64,000 nt of DNA. It comes from Monocercomonoides exilis PA203 (taxonomy: Eukaryota > Protista > Preaxostyla). The DNA lies in assembly GCA_001643675.2 (NCBI GenBank), contig LSRY02000001.1:620001-684000 (forward strand). The letters are read 5' to 3'. This document shows, piece by piece, positions 1 through 13,600 of this stretch. A model generated the notes under the pieces. The model searched no databases, had not been told where the DNA came from, and worked only from the letters and a program-made list of their open reading frames with translations. Each line of letters opens with the position of its first letter. Positions within the stretch are counted from its first letter, which is position 1. Position numbers and translations under genes: made by a program.

Positions 1-266
1 CTGAAGACGCGAAAGAAGAATGAGCTAATTTTTTTGGCATCCTTTGGAATGTGCCATTCACTTCGAAAGAAACTACCACTTCACACAAACTATCTCATTT
101 CAAACATTTTTGATGGAATTATTTGTTTTGGCGTTACCATCTGTGATTTTTTTTTCAGTGTTAACCTTGAAAATGTGACAAATCCAATTGCAAACGAGTC
201 TTTTCTCATGATAATGATTGTAAAAATGACATCTTCATGCTGAACAGAATTGTTCAACACATTCAT
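1..266 (-). CDS. Possible 5' end of a gene running off the window edge (hypothetical)
   Basis: ATG at 266 gives MNVLNNSVQHEDVIFTIIIMRKDSFAIGFVTFS. A plausible GT..AG intron (~165-91) follows, then an open frame LCEVVVSFEVNGTFQRMPKK to the window edge. No recognisable domain. Confidence 0.3.
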
Positions 267-480
267 AAATCAAAAGATTATTGAAAATTCCTTAAAACGT
301 GAAATGGCTTGTGAATGACAAAAGAATATCGTTTGTGCAACATAAAAGATAACAATTTTATGGATATTTAAAAATAAGTAAATAAAAAAGCAATCCAAAG
401 AACACAATATCCAACATAACTTCGCTTAAAAAAAATTGAGACAACAAAAAAGAAAAGAAAAGATAAAATAAGATAAGAAA

Positions 481-3016
481 TTATCTGACTTTCACTTTCT
501 GCGTTCCTGGTCTGACCAACTCCTTTGGCTTCACTTTTGGTACTTCCTGTGAGCCCGAAGACGAAGAAGCAGATGGGGTTCCATTTTTGCTTCTCCGCTT
601 CTCTCTCTCCTCTTGCAGCAGGCGCGCTTTGGTTAGCGTCTCTTCTTTCAGCTTCGCATACAGCGCTCTCCACTCCTCCTCCGTCAGTGAATCATCTATT
701 TCTTCATTCTCTTCTTTTCCTCCTTCCTTTTTCTTGTTTTGCTGTGTTTTTCTTCTGTTTCTGAGCTCGGCTCTTCTTTTGTCCTTCTCCATTCTCTCTC
801 TTTCGTGTCTTTCGACTTCTCCTCCCTTCGGGTCCCGCATCCAGTGAAACAGAGAGCGGTTCGGGAAATACAGCGGCCAGATGCCGCTCACTGCACAGCG
901 CGACATTTCATCCGATTTTGATTTCTGAACACTTTTCTGTGGATGCGCATAGCAAGGGCGCTTATAGAGTGGGTAGATAACTTCCCACCAGTTGGCTAAT
1001 ATGCCTCGGTTGTATCTGTTTTTCAGAGGAACTTTCATGTCATCGGCAAGGTCTTCTTTGTAGCGCGGGGGGACATCACGGATAAATCCTTTTCCATCCA
1101 CGATTTTAGAGGCATCGGAGCGATTTTTCTTTAATTTGTCCCACTGGAAATATTATTGAATGGGAAAGAAAAGAAAAGAAAAGATTCAAAGAAAGAGAGA
1201 TTGAGAGAGATTGAGAGAGAGAGAGAGGAAGATAAAAAGAAAGAATAAATTTATTAATAAACACATATATCATTTTCACGAAAAGCACACTTTGAAAGTC
1301 TCAATGGTAGTTGTATTGACGGAGGCCAAGTAAACGTGATATGCGAAGAATGAGAAGAGAACAGCAAACAAACAGAGAGAAAACAGAAGAGTGACAATTG
1401 TCCATATGCGGAATCTGAGTAAAGCCTATTCAATGTTACACAGAAAATACGAGAAAGAGAGAGAAAGAGAGAGAAAGAGAGAGAGAAAGAGAGAGAAAGA
1501 GAGAGAGAAAGAGAGAGAAAGAGAATATTTCAAAAAATAAAATAAGAATAAGAATAAGAATAAAAGAACTAACTTGTATGGCAATCTGCATTCCGATTTT
1601 GATGATACGTCCATCTGGAAGTTTTATTGACTTTCCATAAACTCCTCCAACAGTCACGAATTTGTACAGAACTTCAATGCACATGAAAGCTAAATAAAAT
1701 GTTCAACAGAATTATAGAGCAAAAAAAAAAACATGTGAAAAAAAATATGAAAATACAAAAAATTGAAAAAAATGCATGAGGTTTATATGACAAATATCAA
1801 CATTGATAATATTTATTTTATATTGAGAAGATTCATAAAAAAAATAGCGAAAAATAAACAAAATCATTTTAAATTCATTATAACAAAAACATATTTCAAC
1901 AAAAACGATTGTAGTGAAAATGCATACTGATGTAGAAGCACGTTGCAGAATTCATAAAGAGAAATAGCAGAAAATAGCGATAGTTTCCAGCTCCAACACT
2001 AATTTTGAAGGCAAAGAAAATGTTGCCATTAAGGTTATTAAATAAAATACATAAATAATTAGAAATACATCATTTGAATGAGGAATATTTAATTTGATAA
2101 AATATAATCAATACGTCGATAATGCAAACCAATTATTTATCCTATTCATCGTTTTTGAAGAATTTTAAACACGAAATTTCGCAAACCATGAAAGACATTT
2201 AGCAGTAAAAAAGCAGCAAATTGAAAAGGGTATGTCTGAAAAAAAGAAATGTTCTATATAAATCAAACCATGGACAATGATGATCATTCTTTGCAACGCA
2301 TTTATGACACATGGAACAATGTCTTGTTCGAGGAGGCCTGAACAAAGTTTGTGTTTAGAAAATCAAATGTTGAGAAATGAACTGATATGAAAAATTCACA
2401 CCGAATTGTTTTGCAAATTTCACAATAATGAATCTCCGAATCCAAAACTCCATCATATCCATAAGCCCGTTCAAAAATCGGAAAGTTTTCTTTTGTCACA
2501 TATCCCACGGAAGCACAAGACGCAATAAAGAAAGAAATAACAGATAGGATGATTAATCCAGGGATTGCAAGACTTAAAATAGAATCAATAATAATATTTT
2601 GCTTAAAAAATATTTTGCTTCTTATAAAAATGTCAAACTTGTGCATAATGCTTAAATACTTTCCATCTAAAAATGGAGCAAGTCCAAATACATAACCAAA
2701 AAACATTCCTCCTGCCAAAAGAAGATAAAATATCTAATTTTTTAAATAAGTTTTGATATTTAAACATAAATTTGAAAAATCTAACTTGCATAAATGGATT
2801 TTTCTCTTCAGAGCAATAATGAGAGAGTCTTTCACAGGCATTTCTTTCATTCTCATTTTTTTGATTTTCTCCATTTATTTGTTTTGATGGATGGAGCATC
2901 AAGTATAACTTGTTTATGAATGTTCCTCTAAACGCCGGGAGACCTCCAAAAACAAGAATAAAAACAACAATCATAACGCTGACGACCACCGCCACAAGGA
3001 AAACTCCTGTTTGCAT
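481..3016 (-). CDS. DHHC-type protein S-acyltransferase (palmitoyltransferase), Swf1/ZDHHC4-like; multi-exon
   Basis: Spliced reading gives [10 protein letters not shown]|[22 protein letters not shown]|WINNC|[13 protein letters not shown] (DHHC-CRD), then TM helices, a TTxE motif (NTTTIETFK) and a PaCCT-like [18 protein letters not shown]-terminal TM followed by [12 protein letters not shown] is Swf1-like. ATG at 3016, TAA at 481-483. Confidence 0.92.
1451..1523. repeat. Intronic GA-rich microsatellite (GAGAGAAA-type units)
   Basis: Direct reading; lies in an intron of the DHHC gene. Confidence 0.85.
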
Positions 3017-3101
3017 TTTTGGTTTTCCTTTTCTTTTATGTATGGGAATGATCAAAAGAAAAATCCATTCAGTTTTTTAAAGAGTCGTTGAAAAGGTAAT
3101 C
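3017..3101. promoter_or_regulatory. Putative compact bidirectional promoter
   Basis: Only 85 bp separate the divergent ATGs of the DHHC gene (3016, -) and the MYND gene (3102, +). Confidence 0.5.
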
Positions 3102-4407
3102 ATGCAAGCTAAAAACAAATCAAAAGCGAATTCAAAATCAGGAGTTGAATCTGAACTTTCAAAGGCGCAGCAATCTTTAAAGAAGCTTCTGAAGCAATAT
3201 CAAGACGATTCTTTGAAAAAGGGAAAGAAATATTTTTCTGAACTTAACACGATGCTTGATGAAATGAATTTTGTTGAGATGTTTATGACAATAACAACTG
3301 ACGACTTTGCAATTTTTCAAAAAATAATGAATAATGAATTACCTTCAAACGAAACTTCCGTACTTCAAATCATACGGACTTTATTGAAACGTGGAATTGG
3401 AAAATGCCGAAATACTTCTGAAAATGCGTTTGCGTATCATCTGGAATTTACAAAAATAATAAACGACTTATATGAAATTTTGACTCAATTACGATGCTCC
3501 GTTCTTATTATTCACATGAGTGCTGAAATTGTGGCATTTTATCTTCATGGAAAGTACTTTAATAAGGACATTTTTATACTGGCTTTTAATCCTATTTTTG
3601 ATGCACTTAAAGGACCAAGAGTGTATCGTTCTTATGCAAGATCGACGTGGGAGGATGGATATCTGCTTGTTGGATTAAAATCACTGTGCGACACATTCGT
3701 TGCAAAATGCCTTTTAATTCAGCAATACAATTTGCACAAAATCATTTTGAAATTGCTTCAGCACTCTTCTGTTTATGTTCGTGGGTTAGCCTGCGAAGTG
3801 CTTGGAGAGCTTCTTCGTCACATGGAAAACGCGATTGACGAGACAGTTATGGATAGCCACGTGTTTGCGCTTATGCAACCCCTTTTGGAAGGCACACTCA
3901 GTCTCATCCCCAAAACGGCTCCCCAGATGCGGTATGTGATGAGGAGTGCAGGGGAAGCAGGGGCGCATCTGCTGCATGAGATTGTGGAGGCTGTGGATGT
4001 CTGTTTGTGTGGAAGTAGAAGAGCTGCAGTGTTTTTTGCGCGGGCAGCAGCAACGGGCGAGGCAGAAGTTGAGCTGTTGGCGAGGAGAGAGGAGGAAGTG
4101 AAGGAGGCGGAAAGGGCAAAGGCGAAGAAGGATGAGAAGGAGAAAGAGGAGAGAATAAAAAACGTGATGAAAAGAGCTGTTGTTGAAGGGAATGAAGTCT
4201 TTCACTGTGCAAAATGCGGAAAGGAAGCAGAATTTCGGTATGAGTTGATGAGAAAGAGGCCAACAAATAATTCGAATTTTTTTTTAGAAATAGGATTATT
4301 TTATTATTCTGTCTGACTAAATTATTCCTTTTGATTCTTTTCTAATTTTAAATGAAAAAAAAATTCATTCTTTTCTTTTCTTTTTGTCCTTTGCATTATG
4401 ATGTACT

Positions 4408-4461
<54 letters not shown>

Positions 4462-6380
4462 TTCCCTCCATCGTTCTCCCCTTCAGATGCAGCCGCTGCA
4501 AGCGCACTGCATATTGCTCAGCGAAATGCCAAAAACAAGACTACCCCAAACACCAAAACGAATGTTTTCTCCCCATTTCATCGAACCCTCTTCTTGCTGC
4601 TTTTCCTTCTTTGGGCAAAGGACAGCCTTCAGTTGCAGTTGTGCCAAACACCTCGCTCTTCCACCGCTTCATTCCATCTTCTTGCAGAAAGCAGACATTT
4701 AAGATCGTTCCTGTGCAGCCACTGGCTTCAAACTCTTCGAATTCGAATTCGAATTCGACTTCTGCTTCTTCTTCTGCTTCTCTTTCAGCTATTTCTTCTT
4801 CTCTTTCTTCTTCTTCCATTTCATCTTCCTCCTCCTCATCATCATCAACATCATCATCATCAACAGCAACCCATCCTTCCTCCTTCGTGTTTTCCCCTCA
4901 CAAAACTCGTCTTCCTTCTCTCATCACATTCAATTGCTCTCAATCTTCTTCTTCTTCCACTCACACACTCCAGTCTCTTCTTCAACGCTGTGCTCCTCCT
5001 TTGACATTCAAACCGCCTCTTCTCAGAGATTCTCCTGTTTATTCTTCAATTTATTCGTCATCATCATCATCATCATCATCTTCTTCTTCTTCTTCTTCTT
5101 CATTTTCTTCTTCCCTTCTCAAACTTTCTTCTTCTTCTCCCAAACAACCCAACTCCTTCCTTCCTTTGCCTACAGCTTCTGACTGCCGCTTCTGCCGTCT
5201 TCTTCTTCTTTCTCTCCTCTCCATCGTCTCCAACAGCCTCTTCCACCAAAACGATGTGGAAGAAACGATTGTGGAGGCAGCGTTGAAACTTTTGTGCCAT
5301 CTTCTTGAAAGAACAACGAGGGAAATGACTTTGCTGTTGTTTTTGAGTTTGGATGAGTATGTGATAGAGAAGGAGAAGAAGGAGAAGAAGGAGATTGAGA
5401 GGAGGAGGAAGGAGGAGAGGGAGAGGGAGAAAAAGAAGGGGAAGAAGGAGAAAGAAGAAGAGAAGGAGAAAGAGAAGGAGGAAGATGAGGAGGAGGAAGA
5501 AAGTGGAAAAGATGTGACGAGAAGGAAAAAGGCAGCTAATCAAAAAGTTAACAAGACAAATAAAGAAGAAGAAAATGATAATGATGCAATTGAAGAAGAA
5601 AATGAAAAAGAAGAACTAGAAGAAAAAGAAAACAACGAAGAAGAAAAAGGCAAAGAAGATGAAGAAGACGAAGAAGAAGAATCTGAGAAAGACAGCAGCA
5701 TGAACAGGCTGTTGCGTGTAGTGAGTGGAGTCATCTGCTTCTCTCAGCATCTCTACCACCGCAGCATCGCCAGCCATATCCTCTTTATTGTTCTGGGAAG
5801 GCTGAAAGAAGGCGCAAAAGCAAAAAATAAAGTACCTTTTGTATTAGCTCTGTGTAATGAGCGATTTTCTGGTTGTTTTGGGAATGAAGAGGAGATGAAG
5901 AGGACGTATTGTGAGTGCTATACGAGGGCAGTGGCGCAGCTGGAGGTGTTTGGAGTGGAGAGAAAAATGATTGGAGAGTCGATGAAAGAGATGAGCGAAA
6001 TGAATGAGATGAATGAGATGAAGGTGAGGGCAATGGATGTGGTGTGTGTGGTGGAGGAGTGGAGGAAGAACAGAGAGAAAGTAGAAAAGGCGATGATGGA
6101 TACGAAAGAAGGAAAATCGAAGATGAAGGCAAAGACTAAAGTTGAGAAGGAGATTGAGAATAGAGAAAGGAGGGTTGGGCTGGAAATGGAAGATTCAGTT
6201 GATGCGTTCCATAATATTTCTGATGGGGCGAAAATAATTAGGGAACTGAACCGGGCTTCGTTGGAAAATGAATATGAAATTTCAGGAGGCATTAATGGGA
6301 AGAATAAAGAGACGAAATGGGGAATTGTCTTTGATTTAGAGCATTATGTGGGGTATCGTGATGAGCCTGATTTGATCTAA
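3102..6380 (+). CDS. MYND zinc-finger protein with helical (ARM-like) flanks and Ser-rich and Glu/Lys-rich tracts; intron 4238-4486
   Basis: Joining ORF 3102 to ORF 4398 across GTATGA..CTTCAG restores an intact MYND finger, CAKCGKEAEFR|CSRCKRTAYCSAKCQKQDYPKHQNEC. N-terminal LLQHSSVYVRGLACEVLGELL resembles an ARM/HEAT repeat. Confidence 0.85.
4412..4458. repeat. (CT)n microsatellite in intron
   Basis: About 23 CT units in the intron of the MYND gene. Confidence 0.95.
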
Positions 6381-6729
6381 TTTTTTTTGTTTTTGTTATT
6401 GTTGAATAATTTGCGTGTTGTATTTTTCTTAGACACCGTTTATTATTTTCCTTTATTTATAATTTCCGATCATTTTTGTTGAAGAACTGTTGAATATAAC
6501 TTTTTTAATTATAAATAGATGAGCTCGTTTAATTTTTTGAAACAAAATAAATAAGATAAACTTTCATAAATTCGAAAAAGAATGATAAATTTTAATAAGT
6601 GTTTTTATTATCATTTTTGAAACTTCAAAATCATTTGTTTTTGAAAAATCAGATTTATATTTACAGAACGAGAAAAAATTATTATTGATGAATGATCGTA
6701 ATATTTATTCGTTTTCTTCTTTTTCATAT

Positions 6730-9700
6730 TACCTCTGGAACCCAGTATAAAACAAAGCTGGAACCGAAATATTCGTGAATCCTATCGTTTTGGAAAATAT
6801 CTGGAAGGAGATATATTTGACAAGCTTTTGTTGGAACATGATATTGCTTTGAAACATCTTTCTACGAATCATCGAAATTGCTCTCTTAATTATCATAGAA
6901 AGACAGAAACAAAAATAAATCAATCCAATTTGCAATCAATCGTATGAACGTCTTTCAAAGTTTCCATTTTTCAATCAATATGATTACTAAAATCTGTAGA
7001 TTGACGAGCTTTTGACTTTTTCAAAGAAAAGCAGTGAAAACTCAAAAACAATGTTAAAAGGTTCTTTTCATTTACTGCAACGCATATTGAATAGTTTGTA
7101 AAGTTTTTTAAATTTTTGAAATAATTTTCATTCATTCACAATTTCAGAATGTAACTTTGATGACTATGAATATTTTCTTTCGCATAATGGTATTTCTTTA
7201 TTATCAAACGTCTTTATATCGGTCGAAAGATACGACATGATGGTTTGCTTCGAAAAATTATTATAAAAAAGATAAATTCAAATTTTTTCTTCTTAATGAT
7301 TTACAAAATGGCAGAATGAGATATTAACGTGCTTTTTTGTTCTTGGTTTGAATCAGTTCTGTTTGTTAAAAGATGAATGATCCAAAATTTTCGTTCAATT
7401 TTTCCAAAATTTTCATTTTCATTTTGAACAATGAAAAATTATTTTATAAAGCAAGAAATAGCAAAAGAGCCGCAAGACAATTAGCGTTTTCTTTATCATA
7501 TGAAAAAATGGTCAATATACTTTCCGAAATTCCAGTATCATTTCTTTCTTCAAAAGACGTGGATTCGTTGTTACATCTGAAGTGGCAAATACTTTTGTGC
7601 ATAAGCATTATGAATAAGAAATCTGGAGATCTTAGTACTTTATTTATAAACAAAGGAGGCTTGAGAATTCTTGTTGACGTATTAAAGGATCTTGAGAAAA
7701 CAAGACTTTTTTCCAATTGTCGGCTTACGAGGGAAAAGTATGAAAAAAGCAGTGAAATTTCATTATCTGCAAATACCACTGAAGAAAATTCATATCAATC
7801 CAGCAAATCTGCGAGTGCTGAACAAGTGCCATCTTCTTCTTTTTCGAAGTTAATTTTGTCGAATGATGGAATATCATCCGATCAATCTTTAAATGTTTCG
7901 CTCATCGGCCTTTCTTCAGAATTGATATCTCTTCATAACGATAGGATTTTAAGTGATGCCCACAAACTAGGATTTACTCGTCTTTCATTATTATCGTCAG
8001 CACTATTATTACTGGCTGATTGCTTGAAAGTCATCAAAAATGATAGATATTGCATACCTAAAGCTTCTAACATAGTTTCAGAAATGGATGAAATGATTAA
8101 CGAACTGAAAGAGCATCATGCAAACTGCCTTGATATAAACTCTGAATGCGAGGATGAAATCGAAGATGATGCAAGTTCTTCAGACGATTTGTTTTTGGAT
8201 AGAATAGAGGAGCAGTCTCAACTCAACTTGAAGTCTTTTCCTTGTGAATTCAAAGACGAATTAAATGAAGCTCTGTTGGAAGATGAAGAAAATGAGAACA
8301 AGAAGGAAAAGCTGATTAACTTGACTGAATCTGAGTGCAAGAGTGGCTTACTGGACGTGTTTCATTCACTGGATGTGACACTTCAGCAGGATGACAAATC
8401 GTTTTTAACTTCAATTTGTTCTGATTTCATTCAGCTATTGGTTTTGTTATTGCATCGTTCAGGCTATTTCTTTGAAGAAAAACTGAATGTTGTGAAAGAA
8501 CTGCTTTCGATTATTGAGTCATCACTTGAGATTTTGGATTTTCTTTCAGAAGATGGAGACAATAATTCAATTAAGGTATATTAACATTGGTTTTATTTTC
8601 ATATTTAACCTAATTAATTCTGACAATATTTTTTATAAAAATAACTGAATGTTGTCTGTGCTATTTATTAGGCTCTTTCTTACACGCATCCCTTTTCGCT
8701 TCCTCTTTTTTTAACTGTAATTTCGTCTCCAACTGTTAACTTCTATTCAGAATCACCAACAATAATGAAGATAATATCACTTTCATTGTCTTTGATTTCA
8801 AAAGTTGCATCTGACTCAACTTGTCGTGAATGGCTTCTCAATCATTCAACTATCTCTTTATTGATCAACATGTGCTATGCAAACAACCATCAAACTGTTG
8901 ATATAAGCTCTTTCAGTACGAAAGGTATTGCTGTTGATGGAGAAAAAATTGTCTTTGAAGAAAGGAGGAAAGATGAAGAAATGCAAAGCGAACGATTCCC
9001 AATGCAAATGACGAACGAGAACAAAGATGAAGTCAAAACAAACACAAAAATTGAAGTGGAAAATGAACATCAGCATGATTCATTTCCATCTCATCAAGAT
9101 AATTTCAATTCAAAGAGAATGGAAGAAATGTTCAACAAAAAAGATGAAGAAGGAATGTGCTTTACTGAGCAGACAAGTTCATTCAACGAAGACTTTCTTT
9201 GCCCATCTGAACTGTGGAACAGATCTTTAATGTCACACAGTGTTTCTCCAATTTCAAATCCATTTCCTTCTTTATCATCGATGTTACCGTCTCCATCATT
9301 TTCTTATTCATCCGTTCATCCTGGTTTGTACCAATCAGATTTTCAAAAAGATTTTATTCCTTTTGCTTCATCGCATCCTCCCACAAAACAATTCGCATCT
9401 TCCTCTTCTGCTTTTTCGTCCTTTTTAATAGATTCAGAAATGCTTCTGTGTGCAATTCTTTCTGCTTTAATATCTTTGCTGTCGTGTGAGTCACATGAAA
9501 TAGCCTCCATTTTGTCGAGTCCATCATCTAAATATGCTTTTCAAGTGTTCCAGCATTCAACGTCCATTTCTGAACCTTCTTTATCAATTTCGCTTCTTTC
9601 TTTAATCAAGCAAACATTTAACCACAAATCAATTTCTGTACAATTGCTTTCATTGTCTCTTCTTCATTGTGTTATTTCTCGTTCTGCTCATGTTGCTTGC

Positions 9701-10225
9701 TTGTATATCGATCGAGGTTTGCATATGAGTCTTGTGGAAGGACTCGATAAAAGGCGAAGAAAAGTGCAAGTTACTGTATTGCTGAATGTTTTGTACTTAA
9801 TCAGAGCAGAAGAGAAAAGAAGAAAAATGGCTGGATTCGATTTTGGAGAGATCGAAAAGAATGAAATAACAAATGAAATTGAATTGTCTCGTTCTTTACG
9901 CTTTGCTTCTTCATCTTTATGTAATTCCTCTTTTCCAAAAGAATCTTTATATTCATTACCACTTCAAAGCCGAGCATCGTCCAGATCCTTTTCCTTATCA
10001 TCATCATTCTTTTCAAATAAAGTTCTGAATGATTTATCTTCAACTCCATTTCCTCAAATCTTGAGGGCATTGAAGCACTCAAAATTTATTCAGTTGCTTT
10101 CTCTATCTTCTTTCATACTTATTCGATATTGGGAACCGTTTGAAAAGGAGTTAGCTGAAATCTGTGCAGCTGAGGAGGAAGAAGAAAAGAGGAGGGAAAA
10201 GTGGTTTGGAATGAAAATTTTTTAA
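6730..10225 (+). CDS. Hypothetical multi-exon helical (ARM-repeat-like) protein; start codon unresolved
   Basis: Open exons joined by canonical introns (donors near 6942, 7095, 7243, 7348, 8576) lead into ORFs 7373-8584 and 8765-10225. Leu-rich amphipathic segments such as FINKGGLRILVDVL and YIDRGLHMSLVEGL. Family not identified. Confidence 0.65.
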
Positions 10226-10646
10226 GATTTTTTAGTTTTTATTTCAAAATTTTTTACAAGAAAAACAAAATGATTCTTATGTTTATTTTTCCCATTACTA
10301 TCAAGGACTAAAAATATGGAATATTCGAAAAAGAAGTTTTGATGAATACAAATCTAAAAAGAAAGACATTGATGTTCTCTCATAAAAAATAAAGTGCGAT
10401 GAAAAAAATATTAACATTTAAATTTTAAAAAATATAATTAATAAATAAAAAAATAAAAAATAAAACAAAATAAAATAAATACAGATAGATAAATATTTGA
10501 AAATTCAAATTTCTTTTTCTTTTTCTGAAATGCAAATTTCAAACCGAGATATTTTCCTTTATTCTTTCTTCTAGTCTTCCATAATTTTCTTTTTTAATTG
10601 TTTAAAGAATTTTTTTATCCGTGAAGCTAACGAGGAAGAAGGTTGA

Positions 10647-13600
10647 ATGAAAGCCTCAAGTTTCGAAAAAGCCTTTTTAGAAACTGTTTCTCCAACGCAA
10701 CAAGATTCTCCTCGTTCAGAAAGAGCAAAAGCACAATTATTACTTCAGATGAAGCAAAGTTATGGAACAGCCTCAAACAAATGGAACCAATTGGAGAACT
10801 CGAGAGACCTTTCTGCATTGTTTCGATTTGACTTGGAAAAAGGTGTGTATTGCTTGTTTTTTAAGAATGCGATACAAAATGATTTTTCAGAAGCTCTGGC
10901 TTATGAAGATAAGAAAATAGAAGAAGAGAAGGAAAATGAGCAAATTAGAGAACAATTAATTCAAGAAAGAATTCAAAGGATTCGTGCAGAAAGTTTGAGG
11001 CAAGCAGAGAAGCAAAGAAAAGTTTGATATATTTTGAACGCTTTAATACTTAGTAACAAGTTTTTAAGTTGGAAACTAGAGCTGGACTTAAGCCAGTGCG
11101 TCGTCAACGTTCACTTTCTCCTTCGCATTATCAATTAAGAGACGAACCTCCCAACCCACCAATAGTCGTGAAAGATTGGAGATATTTCAATGCAGTTACA
11201 CCGGATCAAAAACATATATGGAATAAAAAAGACATGATGACTCCAATTATGGTGTATTGCAATGAAAGACCGCATCTTACGCAATGGGCAAAAGAAAAAG
11301 AAGAAGAAAGACGTTTAATGGAAATTGAAGCTGAAAGGAGAGAAATAGAAAGAAAAGCGATAAAAATTCAAGAGATACGAGAAAAAGATCGAGAAGCAAA
11401 AGCAAAACTTGAAGCAGTTTGCTTTTAAAATTCTATCATAAAAATATTAATTTTTAAATTTTTTACAAAATACAAATATTTTATTTATCACTACCAGAAA
11501 GAAGAGTCTTTACGCCTTCCATTCAAAGAAACTAAAAAACGACAACTGCGCCAATCACAGAAAATGCGGTCGTTCACACCGACTTCCACACGACGATCTG
11601 CATTTGCAGGCACTCCAACATCTCATCTTGCTGCCTTCTCCAAAACCACAGCCTCTTATCTTCCTCCGCACTTGCAACAGCCTTCTTTGGCAGATGCTAT
11701 TTTGAACTCAGACAAAATCGTCTTTTCCACCAGTCGCTTGAAAGGCGAGCAGTCTTTCAATGGAGAAGACAGCTACAGCAACTTCAGCAACTACAAAAGC
11801 GAAGCAGGATTCTCTGGACAGCCACAAGCTTCTATGACTCTTCCGCCACGCTCTTCACACACAGTTAATTCTTATCAAGATCTGTCTATTGACCTACCAC
11901 CTTCGCAGTACCCATCTCGTTCCTTTGCTCAACGGTATCCTTCTTCCTCTTGCTCTGCCTCTGCCTCTTCTTCTTCTTCTTCTATGAAAAGGCAGAACAT
12001 TGGAAGAGATTCCGATGAGAAGTCGTGTGAAAGCTCAAGCGACGGCGAAGAAGATGTTGAGCTTCTTTTTGACAGGCAAAGCGGGTTTGCTTCAGAGCTT
12101 CTGAAGACGCCGCCCACGTCGCCAGCTGCGGGGACGAGCGAAACTGGCGCTTTTTCATTCGATTTGGCAGCATCGCCTTCGTTCTCTGAGACGTCTGCTT
12201 CATCTTCAGACACATTCTCTGTCTTTCCACAGCGTTCAGCAGGTTCAGACTCATCTGCCAATACTTCTACTCCTTCAGATCAAAGTTCAGATACTGACAC
12301 ACCCACAAAGTCCATTCCACCGCTGTTTATTTCTGTTCCCGGCGAGCAGCCAGGCGAAGAGCTGCATTCCGCCCGGGTGCCTCCGCTCTCGCCGTGTGCC
12401 ATGCCTTCTTCGCTGCCTATTCTGACTTCAGCTAACCAGTCGTCGTCGTCACCTTCACAGGAATCCTCAGCACTTTCTGAAGGGTCAATGGCGTTTGCAG
12501 CACAGCCAGAGTCACTTTACTCAGAGCAAGTTAACTCTCAATCTTCATTGGCTGCTTCTGACAGCACAGATGGGAAAATTACTTCAAATGTTGCCGATGG
12601 ACCTAAATCTTCACGTATTCCACATGCAAAAGTTGTGGCGTTTTCATCTGCTTCATCTGAGTATGATGAGAACCAGCCCAATGAAGATTCTGCTATCGAA
12701 AGCACTTCCAATCAAAAGAAGAAGAAACTGCTGAAAAAACAACCGCAAAGATTGGATTTGACTTCTTCTTCTGCTTCGCTCTCTTCAATCTCTTCATCAT
12801 TGTTTTCGCCCAACAACCAAGATGAAGAGCTGAGGCCGTTGTCTGTTCAAATCACAACAGGACCGCTTCGATTTGTGCAGCAATATGAAGGAGAAGAGGA
12901 AGGAGGTGAAGGAAAAGGAGATGCTTATGTTGATAACAAAGAAGCATACGGAGCATATGGTAAACAAAAGAGCAAGACAAGTGCATTGCTAAATGCAAGC
13001 TCAAAGGGGAAGAAGAAGTTCAAGGGAAGTGTTTCTGGACTGAGGGACACGAAGCCACTGACGCCCATCAGTGAAGAAGAGCGGCAGTTTCAGCTGGTGA
13101 AAGAGCGAGACAAGTTCCGCGAGCTCGAAACAGAACGAGAATGGAAGGCGAAGACAAAGAGAGAGCAACAAGCACAGCAGACATTGCAAGGACAGCAAGG
13201 ACAGGAAGTGGAAGACGGCCGACTGCGCCTTTCTTCCAGAGATGTGCTTCGGATGACGCAGCAGGATGGGTTCAGCACAATGGCAGGCACATCCTCTGCA
13301 GCAGCGTCTTCACCTTCTCGCACGCTTTCTTATACTTCACTTGGCTCGACACCTTCTTTGAGTGCATCTTCTTTGCAGTATTCGACAGAGTCTTTGGCAA
13401 CTGCGCCGAAGGCGAGGCCTACATCAGGCTATGGATTGAGACCATCTCGTGATGAGCCGTCTGTGCTGGAAGAAGAAATAAGGCAGATTGCAATGACAAA
13501 ATTGAAAAATGGTTTGTGATTTTGTTGAGTTTTTTATTTTTTTTTAATGAAATAATTGCATATTTAATATTTCTTTTGATTTATATATTAATAAATGTTA

